From positions 9,796,001 to 9,860,000 of the forward strand of contig CM120647.1 of NCBI GenBank assembly GCA_051362555.1: a DNA stretch of 64,000 bases, in the 5' to 3' direction. The notes below the pieces were generated by a model, which was not told the origin of the DNA, searched no databases, and was given only the letters and a program-made list of their open reading frames with translations. The DNA is from Lingula anatina (taxonomy: Eukaryota > Animalia > Brachiopoda). The translations under genes and the position numbers were made by a program. Numbering within the stretch: position 1 is the stretch's first letter; each line of letters starts with the position of its first letter. Positions 23,927-39,337 of this stretch are shown here, piece after piece.

Positions 23927-26900
23927 GAAGTGATTTGCAAAATCACACACCATGCCATAGATGAATCATACTACAGTATATAGATGCCATGTACTGTATG
24001 TACTTCATATACATAAACAGTAGGTTTTACACACTAAGCAGAATTTAGAGAAATATATAGAAAAGATTATCTTACTTATAAGTTACTACTTGAGATGTAC
24101 ATGCAGTTGTAGAATAGTAGTTTATTGGTTGTTTATATATAGAATAAAGAGCATATTTTGTAACTTATTTGCTCTGAAGAAACATCTGTGAGACTGATGT
24201 TGAATCATTTACAAAAATAGGGCAATTATTGTAATTATTTATGTTATCAAAATTTCACACTGTTGTTTTTTTTTTTTTGTTATAATTGGCAGCTTAATTA
24301 TAGTTAGATATTTTATTCTCATTCTGCCAGGCAAGAGGTAATGCTTTGTAAAATGCATTTAGTCTTAAAGAATTGAAGGTTGACAGATGATTTATTAAGG
24401 AAATTGCGCTGTATAGTGTTTTTAAGGTTAAACAGTGTCTTATCGTATATTTTGAAGTAATGGAGAGAAGATGCATAATGCTTTGCACAAAAAACTCATT
24501 AAACACATTTTATCCTGCTCAAGCAACACAGGGTGACTCTGGCTCTCGCCGCCAACGCCAACCAATTAATGAACCTTTCATATAACAACTATAAATATAT
24601 TTAAAAAACATGTTAATGGTATTGGTAAGAAAAGGGAAACCTGTCCGTCTTGTAATAAACTCGTAACTTTGCTCTACCCGGATGTGGTTACTTCAACCAC
24701 ACTCATAACCAATATGCCCAATTATTCAATTCATCCAATGCATTATCCTGTTAGCCTTTTGATTACCAGACCCATATTGACGGTATCTTATCAAACTATA
24801 AAACCTGAACTTGTTTGCTTACTGACAGTGTTATGTGTCATAGCAACAGTCTGTTAAAATCTATTTATCTAAGTTTGATAAAGTTTTTGTTTTAATATCT
24901 GGGATAGCATATTAGAAGTTATAACAACATGATTAGGAAATTTGATCTATGGGCCTAGATAGCTTATGAGGCTTACATACTGTTTTTCATTTTTCATTGC
25001 TGAAAGCTATTTATTATTGTGTATCCAACTGCTCTCTGACGACATAAGTATGCATTAGTCAACTAAATTATACTGAGGCAGTAAAATAGTCCAAAATCTG
25101 ATAAAATTTTTGATAAGGCAAAATACACAAACCATTTAAGCAACATAGCAATCTGTTCAACCAGCTGATTTACTAGTAATTGTTTTAATCTAGATGCTAT
25201 ATACTGATTTATTTACAATTTTTGACCGAGAATTTGTATGATTTTAATTCTGTTTTTAATTTTTTTCTTTCTTTATTTAATTTTACAACAGCTGTTCAAA
25301 TTCTAATGGAATCACTTTTTATATTATGTATTATTGAGAGCTCTGTTAATAATAATTTTTTTAAATGCAAGTCAAACACACAAGAAGCTCTACTTTGTAA
25401 CAGAAGATGATTGATTGGCAGAGTAATTATGAGAAAAAAGTTTGCAGTAACAGTACACAAATTTTAGTACACCACTGATTTGTATAAATTACTGCCATTC
25501 TCAGAGCAATATGGGCATTTGTGGTTTTTTAATGGTCAAATAGAAGAAAGAAAAAAAACTCAAAATGACCTCATTGATATTGCTCATAGTCATGTGAGGA
25601 TGTCACACATCTCGGTCAAGATCTTTGCTCCTTCACTGACCTGTGGTCACCAAAAATAAGCCATGTGTGGAGGGGTCAACATGAGCACCCCCAGGGTAGG
25701 CAACTTAATGGTGAAAGTGAATTTTGGCTATTATTTGACTGTGAAACTCATGACAAGTACAGTAATTACTCGGATCTTTTTAAGGTGGAAAATTTTGAAT
25801 TTTACAGATATTGCTGTAATTTTAGCTATTATTTCTTAAAATTAGAACTTTCCCTGTGAGCACTTGATAAAAAAATTGGCTTCTCCATAGTCATAGTCTA
25901 TGCAGTAAAAACTTAACAGTTATTACACTGAATCATAATTACCTCAAATTTTAAATTAACAGTCGAAAATCAAACTTTTTAACCTTGTTTAAAGTGCTTC
26001 TTTTGAGAGGAACTTTTCTGTAAGTTGACCCTTCTAACTCGTCTCTCTCTTTCTCTCTCTCTCATATTATCACATAATGTTAGCAATAAAAAGTTTATTT
26101 TAAGTTTATATTTTAAATCAACAGGACAAACTAAAAAATTCTCAGCTCATTGGCCATTTCGTCTTCGAGACCTCTGGAAGACCATTTAGTTTCATTCAAA
26201 ATGAATCTTTGCAATTAAGGATGTGCTTTGGAAGTCTTGACGTGAGACTTATAAAAATTCAGGCACTAACAAGCTCAGTTAATTAAAGTCATCCTCTTTC
26301 CATTTATCACCTGTGAAAACTGTCATTGCAGAACTTTTCAAATTTTAGAAAAACAGACTTGTTTTGACAGTACAAAGTATTGAAGGATTTTTTTATTTTT
26401 ACAGCAACTAACCAACAACAAAAAGCCCTTAGGTAATGAAACGTTGGTATATATTTATCGCATTTTGTCTACGAGAAAAAAAAAAACATTTCCATAGTCT
26501 TATAAGATCCGCGTCAGTAAAGTCGCATAATGGCTGCACAGGTCCTGTTGCTAGGCAACCTACCAAGGTGCAATAACAGACCAGAGAAAAATGCACAATA
26601 CCTTCAAAAGCTTCAGTGACCCAAGCAGGTAACGGAGTCACTTCTCTGAATAGGGCGGTTATTTCTGGAGCCATCGTTTCTCTATAGACATTGATGCAAG
26701 TTTTTATGGGTGTATGGAGGTCTTTCATTGGATTGCACAAGTGCCATTTCGGATGCTGTTTATCGCAAACTGTTGTTTGAAGTTTTAGTTATTAGATGCC
26801 CTTGTGAAAAAAATATGAGGATTTTACTCCTTTTAGAATAAATTAGTAGATGTTTTAAAAACAAATATTTTATCCCTTTTTAAGTGATTTATAATGCAAT

Positions 26901-28819
26901 TTAAAACTTCTATGCACTTTTTAGTTTAATTAAAAAATTTAGGATAAAGAAAACAAAATGCAAAAAAAATTGAATTCTTTACATGATGCAGATTCTGTAG
27001 CTTGTGTTTTATCATTTTTTATTGATGATCCACTTTATGTCCAAAGTAGCCCTTGCTAAGTGAACCAACATTGGGCCCACCCTTACGGACTTAAGACTGA
27101 TTAGAGCGTGTTGCCATGGCAACAGTGAAATCATATGTACAACCAGAAGATGACCAGTGATAAGGAAAGGTACGTAGGACAATCAGGTGATTTCTCGAGG
27201 GGGTAAAACTAAATGATTAATGAACAAAGTGCTCAGAGTGCTATTAATCTCGTATACGTCTCAGTTCAGTTTAAAACAAAGATTAATGGAGGGGGGAGGG
27301 GCTGTTGGAATACATTGATTGATGGCATCTGTGGAGATATACTTTTATTAGTTAAACTGGCTTTAAAAATTTCATAACATTTGTTTTCTTTACTACTCTA
27401 CTTATAAGAAAATCATTGTTCCTTGTTAACCTGATAACTGAAGATTCAGTGGATTAATCATCTTAGTGACCATTATTCAAGGGACAAATGTCCAGGTTTG
27501 TCAAGTCTGGACAGGTCACATGATTTTAATCTTACTGTAGGGATGTTGTTAATATTAGCTTTTATCACCACTGTCCATTTCATAATAACTGATATTACAT
27601 AGCTGTGACCATGGACATTTGTACTATTATAAGTCAGGCTGTGACTTTATTCCTGACCCCAGCCAAATGTCAGTAAAGTTAAAGGAAGGACTGTAAATTT
27701 TATCAAATTTGTTCACTTAGTGGTAGACATGTTTCTGATTGGGGTTAGAGGATTCTTGGTGTCCTAAAAAGACAGTCGACTAAAAAGTTCTGTTTAAGCA
27801 CTGATAACTGTGACCACGCAAATTTACTGTACATTTAGTGTTCTTTCGACCTATGTCAGTGTGAAGTAGGAGTTTCTTTTGTTTTTTGTAAGATAAATCT
27901 ATTAAAGTGAAGGCTACTGAAGTTGTTATTTCATACTTATTTTGCAAATTTACTCATTTTCTGATGTTGTTGTTCTTATTATTATTATGATTATTCACAG
28001 AGTTAATAATAACTTGGAATGTAATGTTTATCACATTGTCACATGCAATTAGTCTGAATGTTCAGAAAGAGACTTTTTTATGGTTAATAGAAATGACGTG
28101 GTCATGATTGTCGTGTCATTTCATAGTAAATGTTTCCTTATTGCTCACTAGATGTTAAGATAGGTGCATTGTCAGTGCTTCCCGTAGGCGCTACGTTTGG
28201 CGGATACACCTCTGTTTAGCACCAAGGGTACAGTATTGCATTTAATCATTGGTCAATTTGTACAAGGAAGGTCAGCTGACATGAAGGTCAGTCAAAAAAG
28301 ATAAGCTAATCAGGGGTTACATAACAGATATACTTTGCCCAGTATCTTTATACTGCCTTATGATATTGTTATGAAGTTAGAAGTGGAAACCTAGATGTAA
28401 AATTCTGTAGCTCCTAACCCATGCTAAAATTTGTGTGAGAGCCCTGAAGTCTGTGGCGAACCAAAATTTATTGATCGGTATAAATGTAGTTTCAGGGTTC
28501 TAGGGTTCTACCTATCACAAACTTGGTTTTTCCCTTTCCCTGATAACTTTAGAAGTCCCATTTTATGAGACAGTTTTCTTACTTGAAGTGGACTGCCAGT
28601 TTTAAGGTCATCAAGATATTTCTTTCCCCTTTTTCTTACCACCCTAAATTCTGATAATTATATTATGTATCATATGTGGAAAACTTAGACTTTGTTAAAA
28701 TGGTTAGATTTAAGGTTCTTCAATTTCTACAATTGATGGAACTCCCTATTTCTTCTTAGCCTGTTCCTGCTTCAGAAACAACCATACTCTCTAAAGCAAA
28801 AAGTCTATCCAGTAAATTC

Positions 28820-28830
28820 TGTGTGTGTGT

Positions 28831-28875
<45 letters not shown>
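28820..28875. repeat. (TG)n followed by a ~31-nt poly-G run
   Basis: Directly visible. Similar (TG)n-poly-G junctions at ~35618-35658 and, on the opposite strand, ~31865-31931. Confidence 0.9.
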
Positions 28876-28876
<1 letters not shown>

Positions 28877-30650
28877 ATTCTCTGAAAAAGTGGACATTTT
28901 ACTAGTAAGTAAGTACTAGTGCCCCCTTATTAGTAGTTGGCCAAACCTGAGAAATGGCATAGAACCTGGTACAAGTTAATTATTCCAAAGCTTCCAAACC
29001 TCCTCCCTTATTTATAATCTCCCCAGGATCCCGAGTTATGATTAGGAAAAACAATAACAGAAAAAATCCCAGGTACAGTGTGACTTGTAAATAATGAAAA
29101 TGGGGTTAATACAGTTTTCATCGATCAGGCTTCTAATCTAATCTAGGGGATAGCCTTGTTGTTAAGAAAATCGGTGAGGGGGCCAAGGTTGTCACGTAAA
29201 TACTGTAGTTAGGTACTAAGTAGGCAATACCAATGGATGTGGGTGCTGGACTTCGTAGTCATCTGAAAGATACTACAGTGTGTGAGTTAATTACATTTGT
29301 CATATATCATTTATAGAGACTTTAAAAATTAATGAAAAAAACAAGTTTGCATAGCAAAGTAGGTATATAGACAAGATCAGAGAAGGTATATTTCCAACCG
29401 GAAATGTGTTGACTGTGAATTACAGGACGTTTGTTATAACACTGCTTTGACATCACTTTCGTATATATTTTTGCCTCTCTCTCTTTCTCTCTCTCTCTCT
29501 TTGATATGTGTGCTTGCTTGTGTACTATAGGTAAGCATGTTTGTATGGATGTGTGTGTTTCTGCATGTGTATGTAATTTTGTTAATGTGTGTGTGTGGGA
29601 GAGAGGGAGAGATTTCACATCCATGTCACATTCTGAATATATTGTTTTATCATTTTAAATTATGTTTCGAATCATTTTTCACCAGTAAAGAGGTTTAAAC
29701 CAGCTGGTTTAAACAAATACTGATAGTGTCAACTACTTTCACTTTCATAATCCAATTGCAAATCTCAGGAAATGTTTATTGTCCCAGTAACAGGATCAAT
29801 AAAAACCCACATCCTGCATTATTTTGACATAAATTTCTTTTTGCTGTAGCCGGTAAGCTTGAAATTGATAGCTGGGATAACAAATTAATGATGAAAAATG
29901 AGATATTTGTCACATCTGCACGATTTTTAAATACCAGTTACCTACTGATAAAGATTTATAGATAAATGTATGCAAAATTACTCGAAGAGTGTTCAGAAGT
30001 GAGATATTTTTCTTGTTGAAATTTATAAAAATTATTTTTTACTATTGACAAAAACAATCAGTCACGAGTCATGTCAAATCTCAAGTGTTTAATAGTACAA
30101 TACAGGCTTATCATAATTGGTAGTCATCTATTACTAGTATTTGTTGATTGTTAGCCTGAAAAATATCTGACTTACTACTACAATCTTCCGGATAAACAAG
30201 CATAGGGCATTATAACCTACAGTGAAAATTACTCTTTTGCATAAAGTAAGAAAAGTAGAACATTAAAAGGATAAAATCTGTGACATCCATTTGCTCGGCT
30301 GCACTTCAGGAATAATTGGTTTATCCATTATTAAAAAAAGTGCTGTGTCACAGATAAATTAACATACGCAGTTTTGTATTTTGCAGCCGAGTTGATTTTT
30401 GGTATGTCACTGGTATACCGATATAGTAGAGAAAAAATGATAAATAAGTATTTTCTTGGAATGAGAAGAAAAGGACTCATTTAAATAAATAAGATCCTGT
30501 CAAAGTAAAAGGATGCGGGTATTTTGGGTGCCCCAACTATTTATGAAGCTATATATATCTATTTGTTAGTTAAATGAAAAGTGAAAAAAGTGTAAAACCG
30601 AAACAACTGTGGGTGAAGTTTTGTAAACTGCCTAATTTATTGGCATCTGA

Positions 30651-31122
30651 GGCCCCATTCCCAAACAACATCGGTCCACGGGGATCAACCCAACTCTGAC
30701 AGGAAACATCGCTGAGTACAATCAGCTTACTAGATACTGAATGACATGCCTCATCCTAGCCTTAAGTAGAATGCAAAAAAAGCTGGTGATTAGATAAGTG
30801 TACATTGGAGGCATGACATTCAGTTAAGCTGATTGCATTTAGCGAGGGTCCCGGCAGAGTTGTGTCCATCCACATAGGCTCTGTTCTCACAACTTTTAGA
30901 TCGATCTATCACCGCGGGGAGTCTCACTAGATTACTGTCAGATAATCCCCCTTAAGTGTCCGTCCCCGCCTACTACAAGCTTTAAGGGGTAATTAACTTT
31001 CGTGTCCGCCCGGCTGACAGCTATTTAGCGTGAACCCCCAGGTAGTTAGGTCGATCCAATGTAGGTCGATCTAATCTATGAGAATGGGGTGATAGACTGA
31101 TTGTGTCAATGGGAATGAGGTC
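30651..31122. mobile_element. Harbinger-like MITE containing a nested family B MITE (30877-31091)
   Basis: Outer TIR ggccccattccca ... tgggaatgaggtc. The inner copy is flanked by ATA/ATA and matches 4717-4931 in reverse orientation. Confidence 0.7.
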
Positions 31123-31868
31123 TTAGTTCCATTTAAGCAGTTTTTTTAAGTGATCCTCTAGGACAGGCCTCATAAACGGATTAGGCGTTTCCCAGAACAA
31201 TTATCGTTTATGAGGCCTGTAGGATACAGTGTAAAGGTCATCTTCTGTTGAATGTTTTTAAGCCCCAACCTTTTATAATTAGATAAACTTTGTTAGACTT
31301 ATTTTGTAAAAAATAGGGTGTTTCCGCCAATTTCCTCATGTAGCACTAAGCAGTATGGAAGGAAGTGACTTGCATTGCTCTGCAGACTTAAATGAAACCA
31401 TAGAGTAGAATGAACATTTCTTTGACTACATAATCTTTACAAAATTACTCAATAGCAAAAGCAGTGAAGTATAATGCTTATTGTTCAGAGATCAATTCGG
31501 TTATCGTTTTCTTAATTGTTTTGGTAATATGTGTTCCCAATCAGTTACTTGTGGTGGTAATCACTATAGCGTTGGACTCAGAAAACAGTTTTTTGGATCC
31601 TAGCTACAACAAACACTTGCCATTCAATATATCTGAATAGTCTTTTCACATTGTGCACAGCATGCCTTGTTGAAAAAATATTTTGGTTGAGACTTAGGTG
31701 TGGTTAAGATTATAAGATATTAAGTTAAGGATTCTAAAAAGTGTGTGTGTGAAGTAGGGGGATCATTTTCTGAAGGTGTGGACCGATATCCCCTTTGTTA
31801 ACCCAATTTGACAAATAGCCTGGATCAAATTTTGTTCAGAGTGGACGTTTTCTGACCTCCTGAACCCC

Positions 31869-31899
<31 letters not shown>

Positions 31900-31900
31900 A

Positions 31901-31931
<31 letters not shown>

Positions 31932-34900
31932 GAAGCTTGCGGGTATGGGCCTGAAGAACATGAAGAACCTAGTAACACTAAAAACATTAATCATAAATTA
32001 AACCATCCGGCATAAGAATAATATGTTTGATATTTTGGATTGTTTATGTCATTGCTCAGTACCCATTCTTCACCTGCTTTAGTTACCTTGCAAGAGGTGA
32101 ACTTATTTTACGGACTCCTTTACATAATATGAGACAAATCAAACGACTTCTCTAAGCAACCAGAAAACGACAACCACTTTGCATTATCCGTATATTAGAC
32201 CACTAAACAATCAAATGTGCCCATTTGGCCACTTTGCTTTTACCCATTGAGACTTTGTCATGAGTGGATTCCATTGTGAATAAACATTATGAGCAAATAC
32301 CCCCCCCCCCCCCCCCCCCACCTGCCTGTAATGAATTAGATTCATTTGAGTAGCTTTTATTAACATTTTTTTCAACCTGAGTTGTTTATTTGCTGAACAA
32401 ATATATCTGAGGCTGTTAACTTTGCGTAAGTATTGCCCCACACAAATACTCGTTCATGAGGCAACTGTACAACTCATTCATGCTACGCATGGTGAATATA
32501 AAAGGGGAATGTAGTACACACAGCATCCATTGAGGACTGATATATCAACTATTAGGCAGTGGTTAGACAAGGAAATTTTTTAACTGAAAGTGGGACTTAG
32601 CTGTGTCCTTACTTAAATTCCAAAATAATTCTCTCAACTATACTTAGCCAAGATGATGTAGGGGCAAGGTCAGACAAGAAATGTTACAGACTGAAAATGG
32701 GTCTAACTTGTCTTTGTATGGCCACATGAGAAGTTGTGAACATCCTTACATTCTTACAGTAAAATCACATGGTTTAATCAGAAGTTGAAAAACTCTTATA
32801 TTATCCTGCTAACCTGATGCCTTGTTGAAAAAAATTGGCTGTGAGGCTATATTTAATTGGTAATACATTCTGGTTGCTTTGGCTGCCATTTTGGCTGCTT
32901 CTCCATTCTGAGTTTGTTCCTGTCTGAACTGACACATTGTATTGAGGTATGTCACCTTTTTTTCGTGACCCGAATCATGCTAAGCTGTAATTATAGAAGC
33001 TGAAACTGACGGTCATATCAGGTCACTTTGCCCAGGCTGAGATTTACGAGTTTATGAAGATGATGAATTTTTAGGGTGATATGGGCATTTTGATGTGGTT
33101 TCAACAATAACAAATGCGCCTGTTACAGGCATGAGGCAGACGTAAAGAAAAACAAACAAAAGGATTACAAAAGGGATTGAGGATGATCTTGATGATATTT
33201 GAGGTGAGATATATCTGTAGCTTGAATTACTAGTTGGTGAACCCATTTAGACACAGAAAAAGTCACAGTATTGAGGTGACCTTTTGCATGATATAGATTG
33301 AGTAACTTCAACACATACAGGTTTCGATCAGCCAGTATTTTACTGTGATGTTTACTGGTTAAGGTATATATATATATATATATCGAAAAAAAAAATCTAA
33401 ATAGTCTAAGTGTTTAGCATTTTATTGAAGGCCAATGGTACCACAATTTATAACCTGAATTAGGTTGGACATTTACTGTTTCATGTTTTGTTGAAAAACA
33501 CTAGTCATAACAACCTGACCTGTTTACATCCTACTTTGATTAAAATGCCCAATTTTTTTTTATTAATTGCAAATGAAATCAATATGTAATTTACACCTCA
33601 GCAATGCCAAAACTTCATTTCATCTTTTCCATACCTGGATTTATTGGATAACATGACAGGGGGCAACAAAGTGACAACAATAGTTCTTTTATAATTTCCT
33701 TTTTTATCCATGTGAAATATAATGTGTGCTTTAGAGTACAAATCAATACTAAGTCTTTCAGTCTTGGAGATAAATGCTCGACTGTCGTAGGGCGTGGGAG
33801 AGCCAGAAAAAAATAAGGACTTTTTTACAAGCTGAGCTGTGAGTATTATCTTCTGTAAAGGGCAGGTTTCTAGTATGCTAGCTACTGTGATTTCTTTTCC
33901 ACCTTGGGATGGTGCATTTGACAGGATTGATTTATTACTAAGATAAGAAAAAAGTCACAGGGAAATCTGTAGTGAAGATTTTCAATCACTGAAATAAAAA
34001 ACCAGTAACAGGAAGTTCTTGACCTATATATTGCAAGTGAGATTCTGACTTATGGTTTTTAAAATGAAAGTAGTGTTAATTTAGGTTTGGTCAAAAAAAC
34101 AAAACATGATTTTAAAATTTTGTATCAATACAGTAACTGTAGTTGCTTAACAGAACAGTAAACTTTATATTGACCAAAAGAGAAACAATTTTCTAAGAGA
34201 AGAGCCGTTTTCCAATAACAGAAGCAAGTGTTTATGGGTTTGATCTCCATCAGGCACGGCTGTTTTTCTTCTAATTTGCTACAGTCTGCGAGGCCAAAAT
34301 CTATACCTAGAACACCCACAGCAAAAACAGAGAGGAACTACATGTGTTCCCATTGATTGGACTTGTCATAATTATAATAGCAGCTTTCTCAGAAACACAT
34401 GGGGGGAGGCGATAATCATGAGTCTTTCAATTGTCTCTAACACAAAAAGAAAAAAAGAATTTTTTTTTTTTTTGTTGTTTTTAATTTTTGTTTTTAAGTG
34501 GAGACAGGTAGCTTAGGGTAAAAGAAACTTTGATTTACAGCAAAGTTTGTATGTTCTCTCTCAAAAAAGTTTTTGTTATGTTAGATATGAAATTTAGGGA
34601 AACGGGTGAAAACTGTCTACTTACTCAAAATCCAGGTCTCTGGATAAAATAAAAACATTTATTTTGATAAAAATAATGAGGGTTTTCTTAGAAACACATG
34701 GCCTTAGCAGGAAATGGGGTCACCTATCTGAAAAGGGGGGTTATTTTTGGAGCTAACGTAATCTTTTACAGGTAATGATGCAATAGGCTGAATGAAGTGC
34801 CATTTCAGTCAGTGCATCCCAGTCTCTCTCTCTCTCTCAGACTCTCAACCATTTCTGAAGGTTGGGGATTGGGGTGAGGATTCCTTTTCTGAAGAAGTGT

Positions 34901-35621
34901 ACTTTTTACCATAAAATCTACTTGTACATCAACTTTTACCAAGAGAAGACCATTTTTGGGCAAAGGTGGTAAGTTCACCACCCCACCCCCACCTCCAAAC
35001 CCCCCCACCAGCCGTCTTGAACTCTGTACTTTTAGTTTTATTTTCACAGTGGGGAGGGCAGCAGGTGCCAGCCTTAGGATAGGGTTAAAATGTGTGAAAA
35101 AGAAATAGATTTCACAGTAACATTACAGTACAATAATTATCTTAGTGCCACAAGCCTTTCTTGGAGGAACCAGATGGGTAACCAGGAATTAAGGGGGGAT
35201 GTCAAAGCTGCTGGGTTACTAGGAATTAAGGGGAGAGATCAAAAAGGGAAGTTAATCTATCCTCATCAGAAAATCATCTCATCAAAAAACTAAGATAAGA
35301 AGTTCCAAGAAAGAAAAAAAAACAGACTTTGTCTTTGGCTCATGAGACAATTAATAATAAATTTTCTGAGCTTCAGACGAATAGCCTTTATGCCTTCATA
35401 GTTTTCCTAAGCTATGCCACAACTACTTTTATCTAAATTGGACATTTGGGATGCCCCCTCTATTGATAGAGTTGTAGCCAGGAATATTGTAGGTGCTGCA
35501 GTTGGACTGAATTTGTGCCAGAAGTCAGATGTTCTGATGTGTTCGCTTCAGTGCTGGCTTGGAAGGTAGGCCATTTCCTGTTGATAATGACTGAACAAAG
35601 AGGATACAGGTTGGGAAGTGT

Positions 35622-35652
<31 letters not shown>

Positions 35653-37024
35653 GGGGGATGGTAAAGTTCATTACCTTTTGGCCTGGCAAGTTTGGGTTCT
35701 GAATTAGTATATATCATTTTGCTGATAAAATATTTGGTGATTTTGATTTTTCTGGGATACGATTTACATTTTTGTTGAAGTATTTGAGTCACCATTCAGT
35801 CCCTGAAACTGTAGTTTAACTAGCGATAAGAATAAGAACTGATTTAAAACTCTTCTTGGAGTGTCTGAGATGCCATAAATTTAAGAACTGACTAGGAACT
35901 GTACAGCTTTCTGATTAAGACGAAGAGTAGGACCAGTTATGGCTTTAATTTATTCACAATCCCCAGGGTCCATACTCATATTACAGGTGTTATAACATAG
36001 AATAAATATTTCCAGTCACCATTTGTTTTACATGGCACAGGTATTAAATGTTTATACAGAATCAGAAATATTGACTAGGAAACGCTTGTTGAGTGTTTGT
36101 GTTTGAGATATCGACTCAATCAATAGTTTCAGTATTAGCGGGCTAAAGTCTGGTCAATGTGGTCACTCTGGTCAAGCAGAATGGTTGGACAACTTGGACT
36201 GGGCACAAAATGTCATAACGCTTCCTTTGTTTAGCCCTCTTGTGAAGTCTTTTGTAAGGGTGATTGAATCGAAGATGTAAATCAAATGAGAAAGTAAGTT
36301 CTTAAGTACTGGACAGTGGTAATATATGGCTTGCCCAATCGGCATTTGGTTGCTTCCTCCATGATGGTTCTGTTGCACAAAAATAACCTACAGTAAATCA
36401 AAAAGTTGGTCTTAACTTATAGACCAAAATTTAGTCAATTTAGTCAAGCTAGCATCCACCAAGATGAATTACTAGGCCTGTTGTGTGAAGGGGAAGACAT
36501 GGCTTTCTTCACCACCAACTGTCTTACGGTGAAAAATTGAAAATATCGTCAATCTTGAAAATATTTTCAGAAGACAATTCTTTGCTCACTTAAAAATATT
36601 GTCAGATTTGATAATGGGCCTCTGGATAATTTAGAAAAGTTCTTCACCTAAAATGGCCATGTCACTTGCGCAAGTGTCTCGATTCTATGGCCCGTATCTC
36701 AAATAGAATCGGTTATGGAATCGAGACACTAACGCACGTGCGCAACATAGCGAACCTTTCGAGATACGGAGCCCAGATATTTCTGTTCAAAAAGTATGAT
36801 CAGTGATATACTAGTATATTTAATATCAGCTGTATCCAGAGACGTAGGCTGACTATGAAATGGTACCATAATGTTCATTTGTGCAAATAAAATAAAGTTT
36901 GTCTAATGGCTTGGTCAACAAGGCCTTTCATAAGTTTAAGTACCAATAAAACATCACATTATTCAAAGGTCCTGGCTCTATTTCAAAGTTTCTTTGGAAA
37001 TTTTTACATAAATAGCCTTCTTTT

Positions 37025-37071
<47 letters not shown>

Positions 37072-38872
37072 TAGGGAACTATTTTTTTAACGAGGTCGGA
37101 GGAAATATGTTTAACCATTGACATTAAGGTGGTTTACAAGGGTCAGGTTGCAGGTAAAGTCTTAGCGAAGACATAAATTAAATCAAAAATGATTGGGAGG
37201 TAAATCAAGGTGCAAATGCTCTGGGGGTTTCTTAGCAATAAATAATCCATCAATTCATAATCCACAGACTAAACAATTTAGATTAACTAATCATATCATA
37301 TTCCATACCGGTCATATTGTAATTAATCACTATGCTTTATGGAAAAACATGAAACTCAAACCATCAATTTTGAGAAGTAAATCCGTCCTGATTGGAAGAA
37401 ATTGGGTTGCATTGGATTTGCTGAGTAACGTTCATTTGATTACATTCATTGATTTGCAAAGAAAATTGGCTGTTTGGCTGAAGTAAAAAGATGATGACTT
37501 GGCTTTAATGATTGTCCATTATTTTGGACTCAGAATTAAGTTAAAGGCCTATTACTTTGTTTGCTATGCTGTTAAAGAAGCATACATTTTATTATTAGAA
37601 GACTGGTAGTCATTTCATTGATTAATTTACAGACCAGTATCAGCCAGAAAAGGCAGCAGATGCAAGTCATAGTGAAGTGCCAAGCACCCTGATTCTCACA
37701 GCTTACTTACAGTTTTCACAGAGCCAGGCAGCTGATGTATGTAACAGTACAGTGCCAAATAGCTTGATTCTCACAACTCAGAATTTTCATGTGTTGTTTC
37801 TGCCATCGTCTTTGTATTTTTGTGCCTTTTTTCTCGATGGGGGGGGGGGCATTTTTATTTTAAAAATATAATAAACTTAAACTTGACCATAACTTTAAGC
37901 TTGGAATTGGTCTTAGACTATGTTGTATTAATTTAATGTAAAATTTACAATAGTCCATTAAAGGTGAGTAACAAGTGACCAAAAGCAGTAGCAACTTTTT
38001 AATTTTATGAAAAAATAGCACACAATTGTATACAAGTGGAATACGACAGGTCATTGTAGATTTTAAAGTTTGGCTGTGAAGTTAAGACCAAAATTTGGTT
38101 TTAATTTCTTTAATGAAGTAGATTACAATTTGACAAAGGATGCAAAGAGTTCCACCTTTTTTAAAAATTCTATGTTTTCACATACAGTAAGTTTACTATA
38201 ATATGCACTTCCACTTTCCTAGTAAGATAGCAGCTAAGAAGCAAGCAGCCTAGTTGCACAGGTTTATGTATACTTATTAATAATAGAATTAGATCATGCA
38301 TTTGTAGAAATTCTGCTGCCACTTTTTTTCAAACTGTTTTTTTTTTTTTTTTTTTCAAATCTGTGGGCTTTAACCAGTTCAGTAGCAGTCTAGAAGCAGG
38401 TTATACTGAAAAGGATTTAGGCTTTTTTTTTTTTTTTTTTTTTTTTAATCTCTCTCTTTTATTCAAATTCTGGGGTTAAAGCGTTTTTAAAAAGAGGTGC
38501 TTTGACAATGAAAAGTGTCCTAGACAACTGAATTTGATCTATCACCTTAAGATAAACCTATTGATAGTGAAATAACACACCTGTGAGAAGTCACAGAGCC
38601 AGTAGCTCTTTACCTTAATCAGGTAATGCAGGTGCATCAGCCAGACATGAGCCATCTTGGATATCGTGTCATTTGAATCCGGGTGTATTTTATTTGCAAT
38701 GCTTAATTCATGAGGTGGAAAATAATATTGCTAGTCAGCAGATTGGGTTTTTAATGCTGATAATGGTAAGTTTGGATTTAAAAAGCTTGATTTAGGAGAC
38801 TGCGTATATGTGTGTTTTCATGTGCATCAGTGCGTATGTATGTATGGTATGTGTGTGTGCTTGTTTATGTGC

Positions 38873-38928
<56 letters not shown>

Positions 38929-39337
38929 ACGTATGTTGATACACAAGGATCCATGTTTTAGTAAAGGACAAGCGAAGACTGTCTTCTGGGTCTACACTGA
39001 CAGGCATTGAATTTTTCAGTCAGAAGATGGTCAAAAATGGAGAATGGATCGACAAAGATAATTTCGAAGACTGTCAGAAAATATATTTCGATCCACCCGT
39101 ATTAGTTGGTAGGCCAGGGGATTAGGAAAAGTACAGAACTTTGAGGTCAGGCTCCAGTGAAGCAAAAATAAAAAAGGCTCAATGACATATAATCAGCAGG
39201 GATGTTATAGTATAGTAGAAAGAGCATAGCTACCTGAATGGTGTGCCGCGGCGTTCAGGTAGAACAACCATCCAACTTATGCAAGATCAACATTCCCCCC
39301 CATGGAGAACTCTTTCCCTTCAACAGTAGCTGCCCTA

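Noticed and set aside
26429-26740. 103-aa minus-strand ORF in the SLCO upstream region
   Set aside because: Non-ATG start, no recognisable motif, no supporting exons.
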